Source of the DNA: an uncultured Spirochaetota bacterium
GTDB taxonomy: Bacteria; Spirochaetota; Brevinematia; Brevinematales; JAOACQ01
DNA: 64,000 bases
Assembly: GCA_963783575.1 (NCBI GenBank)
Contig: CAWAOD010000013.1
Coordinates: 160,001-224,000 of the forward strand
Reading direction: 5' to 3'
The notes under the pieces are model-generated. The model worked only from the letters and a program-made list of their open reading frames with translations. It ran no database searches and had not been told where the DNA came from. Shown here one piece after another: positions 9,085 to 23,866 of the stretch. Position numbers and translations under genes: made by a program. Numbering within the stretch: position 1 is the stretch's first letter; the number at the start of each line of letters is the position of its first letter.

Positions 9085-11931
9085 TTAAAAATCGATGCCA
9101 ATAAGCCAGAAGCTCGGCCAGTCAGTGATGGGCGGCAGAGTTACACCGTCGTATGGCGCGGCGAAATCAACCATCAGCTTGATTCCCGGTACAATTACAA
9201 GCCTGAAACCGAAGCCGATCCCACTCTTCAGATCCTTAAACTGGAATCCGTTTGAAGAATCGTATAATTGATAGGGCAAACCGCTTTCCCAGGCACTTCC
9301 AAAATCCCAGAAGATTACACCCCAGATGGTTGGCATACGGATTGGAATAGGAAATCCCACAGTCCAGTCATAAATAAACGGCACCCTTAGCTCAAAATTA
9401 AATAAAAATATATTGTCTCCGCTGAAGCTCCATAGAGGGTAGCCCCTGACAGAATTGAAGCCGCCGATATAAAAAGGATAACTATCCCTGTCGGTATCGA
9501 ATATTTTTCCGGCAACGGCGCGGAAAGCGAAAGAATATCCGGGGAATAACATCCAATAGCTTCTAAAGTCCAGCACAATTTTCTCATAATTCAAAGAATC
9601 CGCAAAGAATGGGAAAGATTTGGATAAAAGTACCTCGTATCTTATGCCGTCTACAGGCCCTGTGTAGTCTTCAAGAGTCGAATCATGTACAAAAGATAGG
9701 TTGACGAGATTACGGCTCTGGTAAGAAAGATCATAAATATAGCCGGTATCGTTCGTTTGAATGTTGTTGATATAACTGAATCCGCGGTAACCGATTTCAG
9801 CATCCAGCCGGTCGAAGGTGGTAAAAGGATAACTGTATAAAATAAATGCTCCGTATGTGGAATTATATACTTTTTCCATATTAAAGAAATCCTGAAAAGT
9901 TGAAAATTCATAAAAATAATTACTGTAATGGAAAATCCTGAATCCGTAATTATGGCGGTATTTTAGAGAAAGATATGTAAAATCGATGTTTAAATAATTT
10001 AATATCGTATTATCGAAAACGAGAGACGTATCCATCAGAAGCTGGTACCTGTCATCTCCCAGCAAATCGCTTAAACTCAATACTCCTATGGCGGCTATAC
10101 CGAAAGAAGTATTTAATGTCAGCGCTCCAAAAAGGTTATCGATTGATACTTCAGGTTTATAATCCTTTTTAGTCAGCCCCGGTAACGGTGTAAAATATAC
10201 TGAAGTCTCTTTATCCTTATCATAAATCAGGAATGAATTTGTGACCCTGTTTTTGTATTGAGGAGTATATTCAAAAATATTATAGGAATTTTTATGATAA
10301 GCCGTAAATATTATACTGCCGTCATCCTCGAAAGATGGGGTTAAAATTCCTCCAGTGGGTTTTAATTCTTCATAAAGAGTTTTTTCATCGATGGAATATA
10401 TCATAAGAGCCGGATGAACATCCATTCTGACAAAAGCAATTTTTTTACCGTTCTTTGAAATTGAAGGATATTCGTCGGAAAATCCCGTATCCAGAACCTG
10501 CTCGATTTCATTGGAATCGAGATTATATATAATAATATCCATATTGGGACTCCGGTCGCCTTTTTTCCGGTTGGATGAATACACGATTCTGTTTTGTCCT
10601 AAAAATCTGGGCTGGGTATTATAGAATTTACTGTCTGTAATTTTTTTAAGCTGTTTATTTTGAAGGTTATAAATATATATATCAGTTTGCTGATCCGCTT
10701 CACCTGAAAAGGTTATATTGAGCCCATCGCTTGAAATATCCGGTGAATTGATAATCCGGAAAGGCAGTGTAAACCGTTCAATCTTTTTGCTCTTTATATT
10801 GTACAAATGGATGGCATCTTCTCCCCCGCTTCTTGAAACAAAGCAAAGAATTCCATTAGAACTCACCGATAAATTATTTCTTTTGCCGTACTGAAATTCA
10901 AGAAATTCTTCATTAAACCCCCCTTTAATAACACGTTTGAGTGATTTTTTTTCCCGTTCAAAAAGAAGTATAGACGGATAGATTTTTCTATCACTGATAA
11001 AAGCGACAAGATTTGAAGACACACAAACCGGGTTCATATTGAAAATGCTGTCTTCTTTAATCAATTTTTTAGCGGCGACTTCAACGCTTGAAAGATTGCT
11101 TATTTCGGGCAGATATTTTTTTCTTAAGTGATCAAAAAATTCCGCGTTTATTTCATCTAAAGTCATATTAAATGTATTGGTAATAATTATATTGAAGGAT
11201 CTGTTATCAGCGATTGAATTATTTAACTTTGAAAAAATACCGCTGCCGAATTTTGCGTTTATAAAATCGTAAAATATTTGTCCCTCTTTATAAATGTAAT
11301 AATAATCACTGCCGCTAAGTCCGTATGGGTCTGACAGTTTCATCAGGGACGGCAGCGAGCCGTTGATAACGCCATCCGCTATCATCATTTCGCATTCGGG
11401 ATCGACCCCGATGGAATTATATTCGGCGGCGCCTTCCACCATCCATAGAGGAATATCGATATCCCTTACTGTCAGGATTGAAAATGTCCCTTTTCCCCAG
11501 ACATGTCCCTGAAATGCATGTGTTAATTCATGTGCAAGGACATGGTTAAAATCCGGATAGAAGGTTGAAAAAGGCACTACTACCCTTCCTTTTACAAATT
11601 CCGTGAACCCCCCCGTTTCCGGTCCCAGCCAGTCGCTGATATTGTTCTGCTGAAAGTCTATTTGATTACGGTACAACAGGATCTTGATCTTTGTTTTAGG
11701 GACATAATTAAATGTATTGGTATGATGCGTGAATATTTCTTCCGCCATGCTGCTTATCTGGTTTGACAAAAAAAGATCGTCTCTGGCGATATATATTCTA
11801 AAATGAGCAGTTTCCAGAATTTCCCATTTATAGGTATAATAAGCAATCTTGTTTTTTCCGAAAGGATAAATAAACTCAGAAACTATTATAAAAATTATGA
11901 GTAAAATATAAAACTTCATGATCACACACAC
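9085..11931 (-). CDS. Peptidase MA-like (HExxH) + TolB/PD40 propeller + Omp85/BamA-type barrel outer-membrane protein
   Basis: Signal peptide, FGKNKI, HELTH and PLWMVEG.AEY, PD40-like repeats, IGG..SVRGY barrel motif, C-terminal Phe. Confidence 0.8.
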   Translation of the reverse strand: MCVIMKFYILLIIFIIVSEFIYPFGKNKIAYYTYKWEILETAHFRIYIARDDLFLSNQISSMAEEIFTHHTNTFNYVPKTKIKILLYRNQIDFQQNNISDWLGPETGGFTEFVKGRVVVPFSTFYPDFNHVLAHELTHAFQGHVWGKGTFSILTVRDIDIPLWMVEGAAEYNSIGVDPECEMMIADGVINGSLPSLMKLSDPYGLSGSDYYYIYKEGQIFYDFINAKFGSGIFSKLNNSIADNRSFNIIITNTFNMTLDEINAEFFDHLRKKYLPEISNLSSVEVAAKKLIKEDSIFNMNPVCVSSNLVAFISDRKIYPSILLFEREKKSLKRVIKGGFNEEFLEFQYGKRNNLSVSSNGILCFVSRSGGEDAIHLYNIKSKKIERFTLPFRIINSPDISSDGLNITFSGEADQQTDIYIYNLQNKQLKKITDSKFYNTQPRFLGQNRIVYSSNRKKGDRSPNMDIIIYNLDSNEIEQVLDTGFSDEYPSISKNGKKIAFVRMDVHPALMIYSIDEKTLYEELKPTGGILTPSFEDDGSIIFTAYHKNSYNIFEYTPQYKNRVTNSFLIYDKDKETSVYFTPLPGLTKKDYKPEVSIDNLFGALTLNTSFGIAAIGVLSLSDLLGDDRYQLLMDTSLVFDNTILNYLNIDFTYLSLKYRHNYGFRIFHYSNYFYEFSTFQDFFNMEKVYNSTYGAFILYSYPFTTFDRLDAEIGYRGFSYINNIQTNDTGYIYDLSYQSRNLVNLSFVHDSTLEDYTGPVDGIRYEVLLSKSFPFFADSLNYEKIVLDFRSYWMLFPGYSFAFRAVAGKIFDTDRDSYPFYIGGFNSVRGYPLWSFSGDNIFLFNFELRVPFIYDWTVGFPIPIRMPTIWGVIFWDFGSAWESGLPYQLYDSSNGFQFKDLKSGIGFGFRLVIVPGIKLMVDFAAPYDGVTLPPITDWPSFWLIGIDF

Positions 11932-12196
11932 CTAAAAACTATTCAAGAAAGAACACATTCAAGCGGCTCGGAAAGCTTTTTGAAAGCTTTTAAACTTTTA
12001 CCTTTAGCAGATTCTTAAATAATAATTTGATAAGAATATCTAAATTCGGATAATATTAAAAGTATAACAATATTGGCAAATATTTTCAAAATTAAAGGGC
12101 TTAAAAAGCAGGCTGCTTGCCGCGATTGTTTTCTTAAATATATTTATGATTGTGTTTTAAATTCATTATCATTTTAGAATGTTTTCAGAAAAGCTT

Positions 12197-13105
12197 CTAT
12201 CCATATGGTTCTTTAAAGTGGGTTTTTGCTACTTTTTTAAATAAATCCTGTTTATCCCCGGTTTTTAATTTACTGAAAAGCATTCCGGCTTCTTTTCCGC
12301 TGCCTTTGATTAGTTTAATACCAAAGTTATCTTCAGAATGTTCAATCCAGTCAATAAAATGCTTGCGCGCAATAATTGAAGCTGCAGCTACAGCAAGAAA
12401 TCTCTCTCCTCTTTCAATAATAATAATTTCTTTATTAACCGAGTTTTTAATCTTATTATTCTGTTCATTGGAGCCGGAAAATCTATCCAGAATAATTTTA
12501 TCGTAAATGTCAGGATTAAATTCCCGGATAAGATGTATATATTCTTCCAGCATTAATTTATTAAGGTTTTTATGCTGAAAATATAATTCATTATATTCTT
12601 CCGGATTGATGATTCTGGCCCTATATGATACAAGGCCGATAAACTCCTGGTAAATCCGTTGAATCGAACTGTCTGACAATTTTTTAGAATCCATTACTCC
12701 GAGATTTTTAACAACATTGAATATTCCGGGTTTGATTATTGCCCCTGCAAGAATTAACGGTCCAAAATAATCCCCCTTGCCGGATTCGTCCAGGCCAAGC
12801 AGAGTTATGGAACCGGTATCAAAGTCTTTATAAGCATCAAACATTGAATCTACTGATTCCGATTGCCCGTCCGTGAAAATCTTTGATGAAGATATCTGCA
12901 ATTCCGAAATAATTTCATCGATGCCTTTTTTATCTCCCTGGAAAAGTAAAGTTCCATTAGAGTAAAAGATAATTGTCATATTACCTTTTTTTGCACGCCA
13001 GAAAGCATATTTATGATCATAAAAGACAAATTTTAATTCTTCCAATATTTTATGAAGAGTTTCATTTTTTTTTATTTCAATATTTATTTTTTGTGAAACA
13101 TTCAT
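12197..13105 (-). CDS. rnhC: Ribonuclease HIII
   Basis: N-terminal TBP-like domain (YSNGTLLFQG), GLDESGKGDYFGPL, DSKKL, VAAASIIAR. Confidence 0.9.
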   Translation of the reverse strand: MNVSQKINIEIKKNETLHKILEELKFVFYDHKYAFWRAKKGNMTIIFYSNGTLLFQGDKKGIDEIISELQISSSKIFTDGQSESVDSMFDAYKDFDTGSITLLGLDESGKGDYFGPLILAGAIIKPGIFNVVKNLGVMDSKKLSDSSIQRIYQEFIGLVSYRARIINPEEYNELYFQHKNLNKLMLEEYIHLIREFNPDIYDKIILDRFSGSNEQNNKIKNSVNKEIIIIERGERFLAVAAASIIARKHFIDWIEHSEDNFGIKLIKGSGKEAGMLFSKLKTGDKQDLFKKVAKTHFKEPYG

Positions 13106-13415
13106 ATATTAATCCCTCAATTGTCATGTCATCGATCGACAAAATAAATTTTATTAATAATTGTTATTCAGATTATATAACATATAATATAGATTATATA
13201 ATACATAATATAAAAAATAAATATTATTAATAAATCTACCCTTATCTTATTCTATGAAATAAGGAATCATTTTTATTATTTATTTGACAAATTCAGGATT
13301 TGTATTAAAATTAAAAAGAAGTATTATTCTTTATTAGGTGATATAGAATATTATTAGGAACAATTTAAAAATTGAAAAAGATCCTTTTAAGAATTTATCT
13401 TAGGAGGTTGATTTT

Positions 13416-14135
13416 ATGGCAAGAATTTTAATTATTGATGATGAAAGGAATTTAGCTTTAGCAATTAAAGACAGCCTTGAATTTGAAGGTTATGAACCTG
13501 TGGTGTCATTGGACGGCAGAGACGGTTTAAGCCGGGCTTTAAATGAAACCTTTGATTTGATTCTTCTTGACCTTGTTCTGCCTGAAGTGGATGGTTATGA
13601 AATATTGAGGGAACTCAGGAAAGTTAATAAAGAAATTCCTGTAATAATCATATCCGGTAAGACTAATGAAGAGGATAAGGTTTTCGGCTTGAATCTCGGT
13701 GCCGATGATTTTGTTATAAAACCTTTTTCAATAATGGAGCTTGTTGCAAGAATAAGAGCGCAGCTGCGGAGAGTAAATATATTAAGGGGTTCTTATATTG
13801 TCAGCGTAGGATCATATCCGGGTTATGAGCCTGTGACAATAAAGATAGGTGACGCTTTGATTTTTCTTGATAGAATGGTTGTTAAGCTTGGAGAGGAAGA
13901 ATATCCCCTGACTCCTAAAGAAATCGGTATTATCCGTCTTCTTTATAAAAACAGGGGAAAAGTGGTTTCTAGGGAAATGATGATGAAGGAAATATGGGGT
14001 GACGATGTTTATATTACCGAGAGGGTTATTGATACAAATGTTGTTTCAATTCGTAAAAAAATCGGTGATATAGGAAGAAAGGCAAAGTATATTAAAACAG
14101 TATTCGGTGTAGGTTATAAAATGATTGAGTATTAA
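13416..14135 (+). CDS. OmpR/PhoB-family response regulator (no adjacent kinase)
   Basis: REC domain (IIDD, LLD, KPF) and winged helix (LTPKE, TVFGVGY). Confidence 0.9.
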   Translation: MARILIIDDERNLALAIKDSLEFEGYEPVVSLDGRDGLSRALNETFDLILLDLVLPEVDGYEILRELRKVNKEIPVIIISGKTNEEDKVFGLNLGADDFVIKPFSIMELVARIRAQLRRVNILRGSYIVSVGSYPGYEPVTIKIGDALIFLDRMVVKLGEEEYPLTPKEIGIIRLLYKNRGKVVSREMMMKEIWGDDVYITERVIDTNVVSIRKKIGDIGRKAKYIKTVFGVGYKMIEY

Positions 14136-14763
14136 GCTTAATATTATGAATAAAATTCTTTTTTTTTGTTTATTGACAATGTTTTGTTCAGGTTTGTTTT
14201 GCGCTCCATCTTTTCTAAGCATAACGCCCCTTGATTCGGGTAAAGTAATGCTTCAGGCAGGAGTTGATATTTTTCTCAGCACAAATGATTTATCCTCCCT
14301 GTTTGATGGCGGAATTAGAGTTGGGTTACCCATTCCGAAGGGCAGTGATTTCGGGTTTAGATTATACAGTAGCGGAGCTATATTCGATCTGAAATTACCT
14401 TTATTTTCTTTTGAGCCTCTAAGTACCGCTGTTGATATGGAATGTGATATATATCAAAGAACCTATATCCTGTCATCCATATCACCGGCCTTTATCGTTG
14501 ATGTTGCACTGTCGCCATATCTTAGCTTTTATTTCTCACTTAGATGGCGTTATCCGGCCGTTCAGGAAATAGATTCGACAAACCCTTTTCCTGATTTACA
14601 AACCAATGTTTATGTCAGCGGTGTAGTATTTTATCCCCGGGTAGGCATAGAATTATTCAGAAAATGGAATTTCTCAATTATCCTGGAGGGCGGACCTGTG
14701 ACAAGCTGGTACTCGAGAGATCTTGGAATAAACGGAGGCGGTGTTCTGGAATATAAATTTTAA
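14125..14763 (+). CDS. Hypothetical exported protein, probable outer-membrane beta-barrel
   Basis: Signal peptide, amphipathic strands, C-terminal YKF. Confidence 0.55.
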   Translation: MSIKLNIMNKILFFCLLTMFCSGLFCAPSFLSITPLDSGKVMLQAGVDIFLSTNDLSSLFDGGIRVGLPIPKGSDFGFRLYSSGAIFDLKLPLFSFEPLSTAVDMECDIYQRTYILSSISPAFIVDVALSPYLSFYFSLRWRYPAVQEIDSTNPFPDLQTNVYVSGVVFYPRVGIELFRKWNFSIILEGGPVTSWYSRDLGINGGGVLEYKF

Positions 14764-15099
14764 TAAGCATGCCCCTTTGCTATTCTCAAGGCTTTATCAA
14801 AATTTTAAACATTAAATTGATCATAAATTGAGCAAAGTTTATATTAATGGCTACTATATTATTATAAAATATTAACTCTATAACATATTTAAAAATTCTA
14901 ATTTTGGAAATAAAAATATTCCTGTCAACTAATTTTCCATTTATCACAATAAGGATTGAATAAATTTGTAATTTTAAAATAAAGAATTTTAAATTAATAA
15001 TTTAATTTGCCGATATAATTATTCTTTGAGTATTATAAATATATTATTATTTCAAAAATCTCGAAATTTTTATAATTAAAAAATTATTAAATGAATAAT

Positions 15100-15129
15100 T
15101 TGACACTTTTTATTAAGCCATGTTATACT
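15100..15129 (+). promoter_or_regulatory. rrn sigma70 promoter
   Basis: TTGACA-18bp-TATACT with TG extension and an AT-rich upstream tract. Confidence 0.7.
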
Positions 15130-15215
15130 ACTCACCGCCTGTGGAAAGACAGGGGTGAAGAAAAAGGGAAAGATAGAGTAAAGGTAATAGAACGAAGGTG
15201 AGTGTTCAGAAGAAG

Positions 15216-15283
15216 TCTACCGAGAGGTAGAAACTATCGAAAGATAGTAACCTATCGAAAGATAGTAACCTATCGAAAGATAG
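15216..15283 (+). repeat. Tandem GNRA hairpins in the rRNA leader
   Basis: TCTACC-gaga-GGTAGA followed by three CTATC-gaaa-GATAG units at an 18-bp period. Confidence 0.85.
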
Positions 15284-15373
15284 GAGAGCAACAAATAAAC
15301 GCGAAGCGAAGAGCTAAGCGTGAAGCGAAGTATCAGGTCAAACCAGTGAGGAAGAAACGAAGAGATAATATTT

Positions 15374-16905
<1,532 letters not shown>

Positions 16906-17089
16906 ATAGGGAGAAAATAATGTGGTAGTAGAGTAGTAGAGACACAAGAGATTGTGTCTCTACGAAAGCCACACAAAAAGTCTGAACACTCATCTTTTAT
17001 ATATAAGTTAATTAGTCAGTTAGTTTGCCAGTCGGATAGTCGTAGATGACTGAAAGGCTGGCTGACTAACCGACTAATCGACTGTATTG

Positions 17090-17163
17090 GGGTGTATAGC
17101 TCAGTTGGTTAGAGCGCAGCCCTGATAAGGCTGAGGTCGGTGGTTCGAAACCACCTACACCCA
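17090..17163 (+). tRNA. tRNA-Ile(GAT)
   Basis: GGGTGTA/TACACCC acceptor stem, CAGCC-ctGATaa-GGCTG anticodon arm, TTCGAA T-loop. Confidence 0.97.
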
Positions 17164-17168
17164 TGTGC

Positions 17169-17241
17169 GGGGATATAGCTCAGCTGGGAGAGCGCCTGCC
17201 TTGCAAGCAGGATGTCAGGGGTTCGATTCCCCTTATCTCCA
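17169..17241 (+). tRNA. tRNA-Ala(TGC)
   Basis: GGGGATA/TATCTCC acceptor stem, TGC anticodon, TTCGATT T-loop. Confidence 0.97.
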
Positions 17242-17320
17242 GAACATCGTGTTCTTCGGCAAATCAGAGATTTGCCATAGTTTAAGGTAAAAGGGAAGAT
17301 ATCATGGAACATCCTGTTCC
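17241..17320 (+). repeat. Three-hairpin dispersed repeat, copy B (in rRNA spacer)
   Basis: AGAAC-atcgt-GTTCT / GGCAAATC-aga-GATTTGCC / tcat-GGAAC-atcct-GTTCC. Confidence 0.75.
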
Positions 17321-17471
17321 CATTGTTTAAACGTATGGTAGAAAGGATATTTCAAATAAATGTTTTTATTTAAGATAAAAGTAGTAGAGAATTCGTTCAG
17401 AATTCTCCTAAATTCAAAAAGCTTTGCGAAGCAAAGCGCATTTGAATAAGGTTATAGGAATAAGGTAAGAA

Positions 17472-20388
<2,917 letters not shown>

Positions 20389-20460
20389 TTCTTTCCTTAT
20401 TCCAGACAAGGGAGGACAAGGGGTTTAAACCCCTTGTCGTTTACCTTGCCGTCTTTTTTT

Positions 20461-20567
20461 GCCTGATGACCATAGCGAAGGTGTTACACCCGGTCCCATT
20501 CCGAACCCGGAAGTTAAGCCCTTCGTCGCCGATGATACTCGCAAGGGGAAAGTAGGTGTCGTCAGGC
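20461..20567 (+). rRNA. rrf: 5S rRNA
   Basis: GCCTGATGAC...GTCGTCAGGC terminal stem, CCCATTCCGAAC motif. Confidence 0.95.
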
Positions 20568-20610
20568 TTTTTTATTTCATGAGTACATCCCAGAGGTTTG
20601 GTATTTTAAT

Positions 20611-21258
20611 ATGAGGATAATATCTGCAATAATTTTAAGACTATTATTACTGACCGGCATGTGCATTATTACCTTAAATCTCTTTGGAGAAGATCAGATA
20701 AAAAGTCCGGATTCACCCGATGAGCCAAAGGTTGAAGAAGTACAAATACCTGAATTGAAAGTTGAAGAAGTTTCAAATTTTGAAAATAACAAATTGTATT
20801 TATTCAGGGTAAAAGTAGACCTTTCTGACGGAACTGCAATCACCGGCACTATGAATCTAACAAATAACCCGATATTTGTAATCACAAATCAAATCATAGG
20901 ACAGATTAATATTTCAACGATATCAATATATCAGCTGGATAAAATAGAAATAATAAAATGGCAGCCGGAAAGAAAAGATAAAGATTTATTCCTTTTCAAA
21001 CCGGTTGAATTTCGTTTTTATACCAATCAAACAGATAATTATATATCATACCGAAATCCAATTAATGAGTTAAGCGATATTCAAATAAGCAATGATTCTT
21101 ACGGAAGAAAACATATTTTTTCCATATTCTACGACCGATGGATAGAAGGAAAAAAGAACGCTTTCCGCTGGGATAATTCAAAAGCCTCGGTTTTTCCCTA
21201 CAATTATGACCATCCGATTCCAGGAGTTATTCAATCGATTACTTTTATAAAAAATTGA
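20611..21258 (+). CDS. Hypothetical exported protein
   Basis: 215-aa ORF with N-terminal signal peptide. Confidence 0.6.
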   Translation: MRIISAIILRLLLLTGMCIITLNLFGEDQIKSPDSPDEPKVEEVQIPELKVEEVSNFENNKLYLFRVKVDLSDGTAITGTMNLTNNPIFVITNQIIGQINISTISIYQLDKIEIIKWQPERKDKDLFLFKPVEFRFYTNQTDNYISYRNPINELSDIQISNDSYGRKHIFSIFYDRWIEGKKNAFRWDNSKASVFPYNYDHPIPGVIQSITFIKN

Positions 21259-21278
21259 TCATTCCATGAAATAATATA

Positions 21279-22895
21279 CTAATCCAAGCTTTTTTGTTCT
21301 TCTTCCTTCAAAAGGTATTTTTTCGCCGCATCTAATAATTCTGCTATATAGCTGATACGATTGAGGTACTTTGATTGTCCCGTTGTTGATGTGCAAAGGC
21401 GTTTTAAATTGATTTTAAATTGAGTAAAAGTTCCGAATACGCGGATATCATTATACTCATTTTTTGAAGGAAGGAAAAGTGTTTTTACATCATCTATAAA
21501 AAGACGGGCTTTATCCAGTATTATGCCTTCCTTTGAGATACGGTAGTATTTTATAATAGTAGCGATTCTATCATACAGCCAGTAGGTGGATTTAATTATC
21601 ATTTGATCGGAAGTCCTGTAATTTGCTGTTTCTTTTGGGGAAATTTTTCCAGGCAGGATTACATCTTCGAAATTTGTACTTCTTGCATGGTCCGGTACAT
21701 CGAATTGATTGAACCCCAATTTATGATGAAGGATTTCCCCTTTTTCATTAACGATGGGGGCAAGATCGAATTTTAGCCTTTCTATGAACTTGGCCAATGC
21801 GGTATATAATTCAATAAAAAACCGTGAATCTATTATCCTTTCCTCCGGCACTTTTTTATCATTATCCGAAGGAGTTATTTTGGAGACGGATGGTTTATCA
21901 GAAATAATATTACTTGATGAAATGCCGCCGGTTTGAGGAGAATAATTAATGCCAGTCCTGATTTTTTTATTATTTCCGTATTCAAATAAATCCAGGAAAT
22001 AATCGAATATCCTTGAAAATATATCCCTTTCTAGCTCATCTATATCTGTTAGTCTAACCCGTCCTTCAATATATTCAATTTTACAGTTCATTGATGAAAA
22101 AAGAGGGGAGACTAGATCGATCGAGAAACAAATCAATATATCTTCCAATCTTTCTTTAAAGTTGCGGATTTTCTTTACAGGAGGGATTTCATTATTAAGG
22201 CTTACAACTGCCAGGCCATACTCCGTAAGTAAGATTTCCAGGTCTTTTATATAACCGTAAAGTCCGCCGATAAAACTTATAAGATGTCCCGATTTTAAAG
22301 GCGGTATATTTGAGCTTCTTGATAGTAAATATGAATCCTCAATAAAGTTACATATTGAATAAATATTTTCCAGATCCTGACAGTTGATTTCAATTACCTG
22401 GAGTTGTTCGGTCGACTTATTTTCAGCGGTTTTAATGCTTTCAATTATGGTTTTTAAATCATTTATGATTGATTTGAGTTCCTGGTTTATGGGTTGTATC
22501 TTCCCGCCGAAAAAATTTGTAAAAAAAACACCGTCCGGGGATTTAATTTCTTTAAAATAACCTATCAATAGATTTGCCTCGATTGAATTTCCGGGAACAG
22601 CATGGGACAGATTTTCGATTTTAATATTATCCTTATAAATCAAATCAGGGTATTTATCCGGATGAGCTTTATAATCAAGATCAAAAATAAATTTTTTGAT
22701 TGAATAAAAATATTTGCTTTTATATCTCTGTTTAAAATAATACTCGTTTTTTACGAAATCGATGATTTCCCGGCTTTCCCTGTTAAGAATTAATTCATTA
22801 TCAAAATGAAAATAATAAAAAGACATTTTTTGTATTATTTCTTTTAATAACAAATAAATTTGCTTTGGTGCGGCGGCCTGTTCCATTGATAACAT
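21279..22895 (-). CDS. Hypothetical protein
   Basis: 538-aa open frame, no recognised motif. Confidence 0.6.
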   Translation of the reverse strand: MLSMEQAAAPKQIYLLLKEIIQKMSFYYFHFDNELILNRESREIIDFVKNEYYFKQRYKSKYFYSIKKFIFDLDYKAHPDKYPDLIYKDNIKIENLSHAVPGNSIEANLLIGYFKEIKSPDGVFFTNFFGGKIQPINQELKSIINDLKTIIESIKTAENKSTEQLQVIEINCQDLENIYSICNFIEDSYLLSRSSNIPPLKSGHLISFIGGLYGYIKDLEILLTEYGLAVVSLNNEIPPVKKIRNFKERLEDILICFSIDLVSPLFSSMNCKIEYIEGRVRLTDIDELERDIFSRIFDYFLDLFEYGNNKKIRTGINYSPQTGGISSSNIISDKPSVSKITPSDNDKKVPEERIIDSRFFIELYTALAKFIERLKFDLAPIVNEKGEILHHKLGFNQFDVPDHARSTNFEDVILPGKISPKETANYRTSDQMIIKSTYWLYDRIATIIKYYRISKEGIILDKARLFIDDVKTLFLPSKNEYNDIRVFGTFTQFKINLKRLCTSTTGQSKYLNRISYIAELLDAAKKYLLKEEEQKSLD

Positions 22896-23237
22896 CCTAA
22901 AAGATTAAACGTAATTCTTGATTAATGAAAAGAATCCCTAAATTGTAACTAAATTTATTAAGTAAATCAATATTATTGAAGCCATAGTAATCAATATTCC
23001 TTGTAAAACCGAATTTTTGATTTAATAAAAAGTATATTTTATTATTATAATCGGATTAAACAGCATAATTTTTACAACAACTGTTTTTTTATATTGACAT
23101 ATTTTTAGAAATTAAGTATATTTATCCTTCAATTAATTATTTTTTCAATTGATTGAATATCTTTTATTATAACCATCGGTGATAAAGCAGATTATTAAAC
23201 CGATTTAATTTTAATATTTTATGAAAAGGAGGAAAAA

Positions 23238-23396
23238 ATGGATAAGTATGTTTGTGATGTTTGCGGATATGAATATGATCCGGCGGTCGGAGACCCGGAT
23301 TCCGGGATTAAACCCGGGACAAAGTTTGAGGATTTACCGGCGAATTGGCTATGTCCGGTTTGCGGTGCCGCTAAAGATCAGTTTTCAAAAGTTTAA
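23238..23396 (+). CDS. Rubredoxin (52 aa, absent from the ORF track)
   Basis: Translated by hand: [61 protein letters not shown]. Confidence 0.95.
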   Translation: MDKYVCDVCGYEYDPAVGDPDSGIKPGTKFEDLPANWLCPVCGAAKDQFSKV

Positions 23397-23434
23397 AATC
23401 TGGTTAAAAGAAAAATTGATCGATAGGAGGTTTT

Positions 23435-23842
23435 ATGCTGTTATTTGAATGGAATGATAATTATAGTGTTAATGTAAAAGAATTTGACAACCAACATAAA
23501 AAGCTTATTGATCTTATTAATGAACTTTTCGAAGCTATGAAAAGCGGCAGAGGAAAAATTATTCTTGAAAAAGTTTTCCTTGATTTAATTGAATATACTA
23601 AGGTGCATTTTTCAGCTGAAGAAAAACTCATGAATCAATATGATTATCCGGACAAAACTGTTCACATTAATGCACATAATGAATTAACCGGTAAAGTTAT
23701 TGAATTGCAGACGGAATTTAAAAACGGGAAAATATTTATTTCAATAGATACAATGAACTTCCTGAAAGACTGGCTGACAAAGCATATTCTTGGAATGGAC
23801 AAAAATTACAGCAGTTTTTTTAATAGTAAAGGTATAAAATAA
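23435..23842 (+). CDS. Bacteriohemerythrin
   Basis: W..Y.V....D.QH, HF..EE, H...H and WL..HI...D iron ligands. Confidence 0.92.
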   Translation: MLLFEWNDNYSVNVKEFDNQHKKLIDLINELFEAMKSGRGKIILEKVFLDLIEYTKVHFSAEEKLMNQYDYPDKTVHINAHNELTGKVIELQTEFKNGKIFISIDTMNFLKDWLTKHILGMDKNYSSFFNSKGIK

Positions 23843-23866
23843 ACTAAAATTAGAAGGGGGAATACA

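Noticed and set aside
15234..15283. 18-bp tandem repeat as a mini-CRISPR
   Set aside because: No unique spacers; it is an rRNA leader hairpin repeat.
23040..23065. PerR/Fur box upstream of rubredoxin
   Set aside because: Only a weak match within very AT-rich DNA.
23221..23448. 75-aa ORF
   Set aside because: Shadow frame over the real rubredoxin gene.
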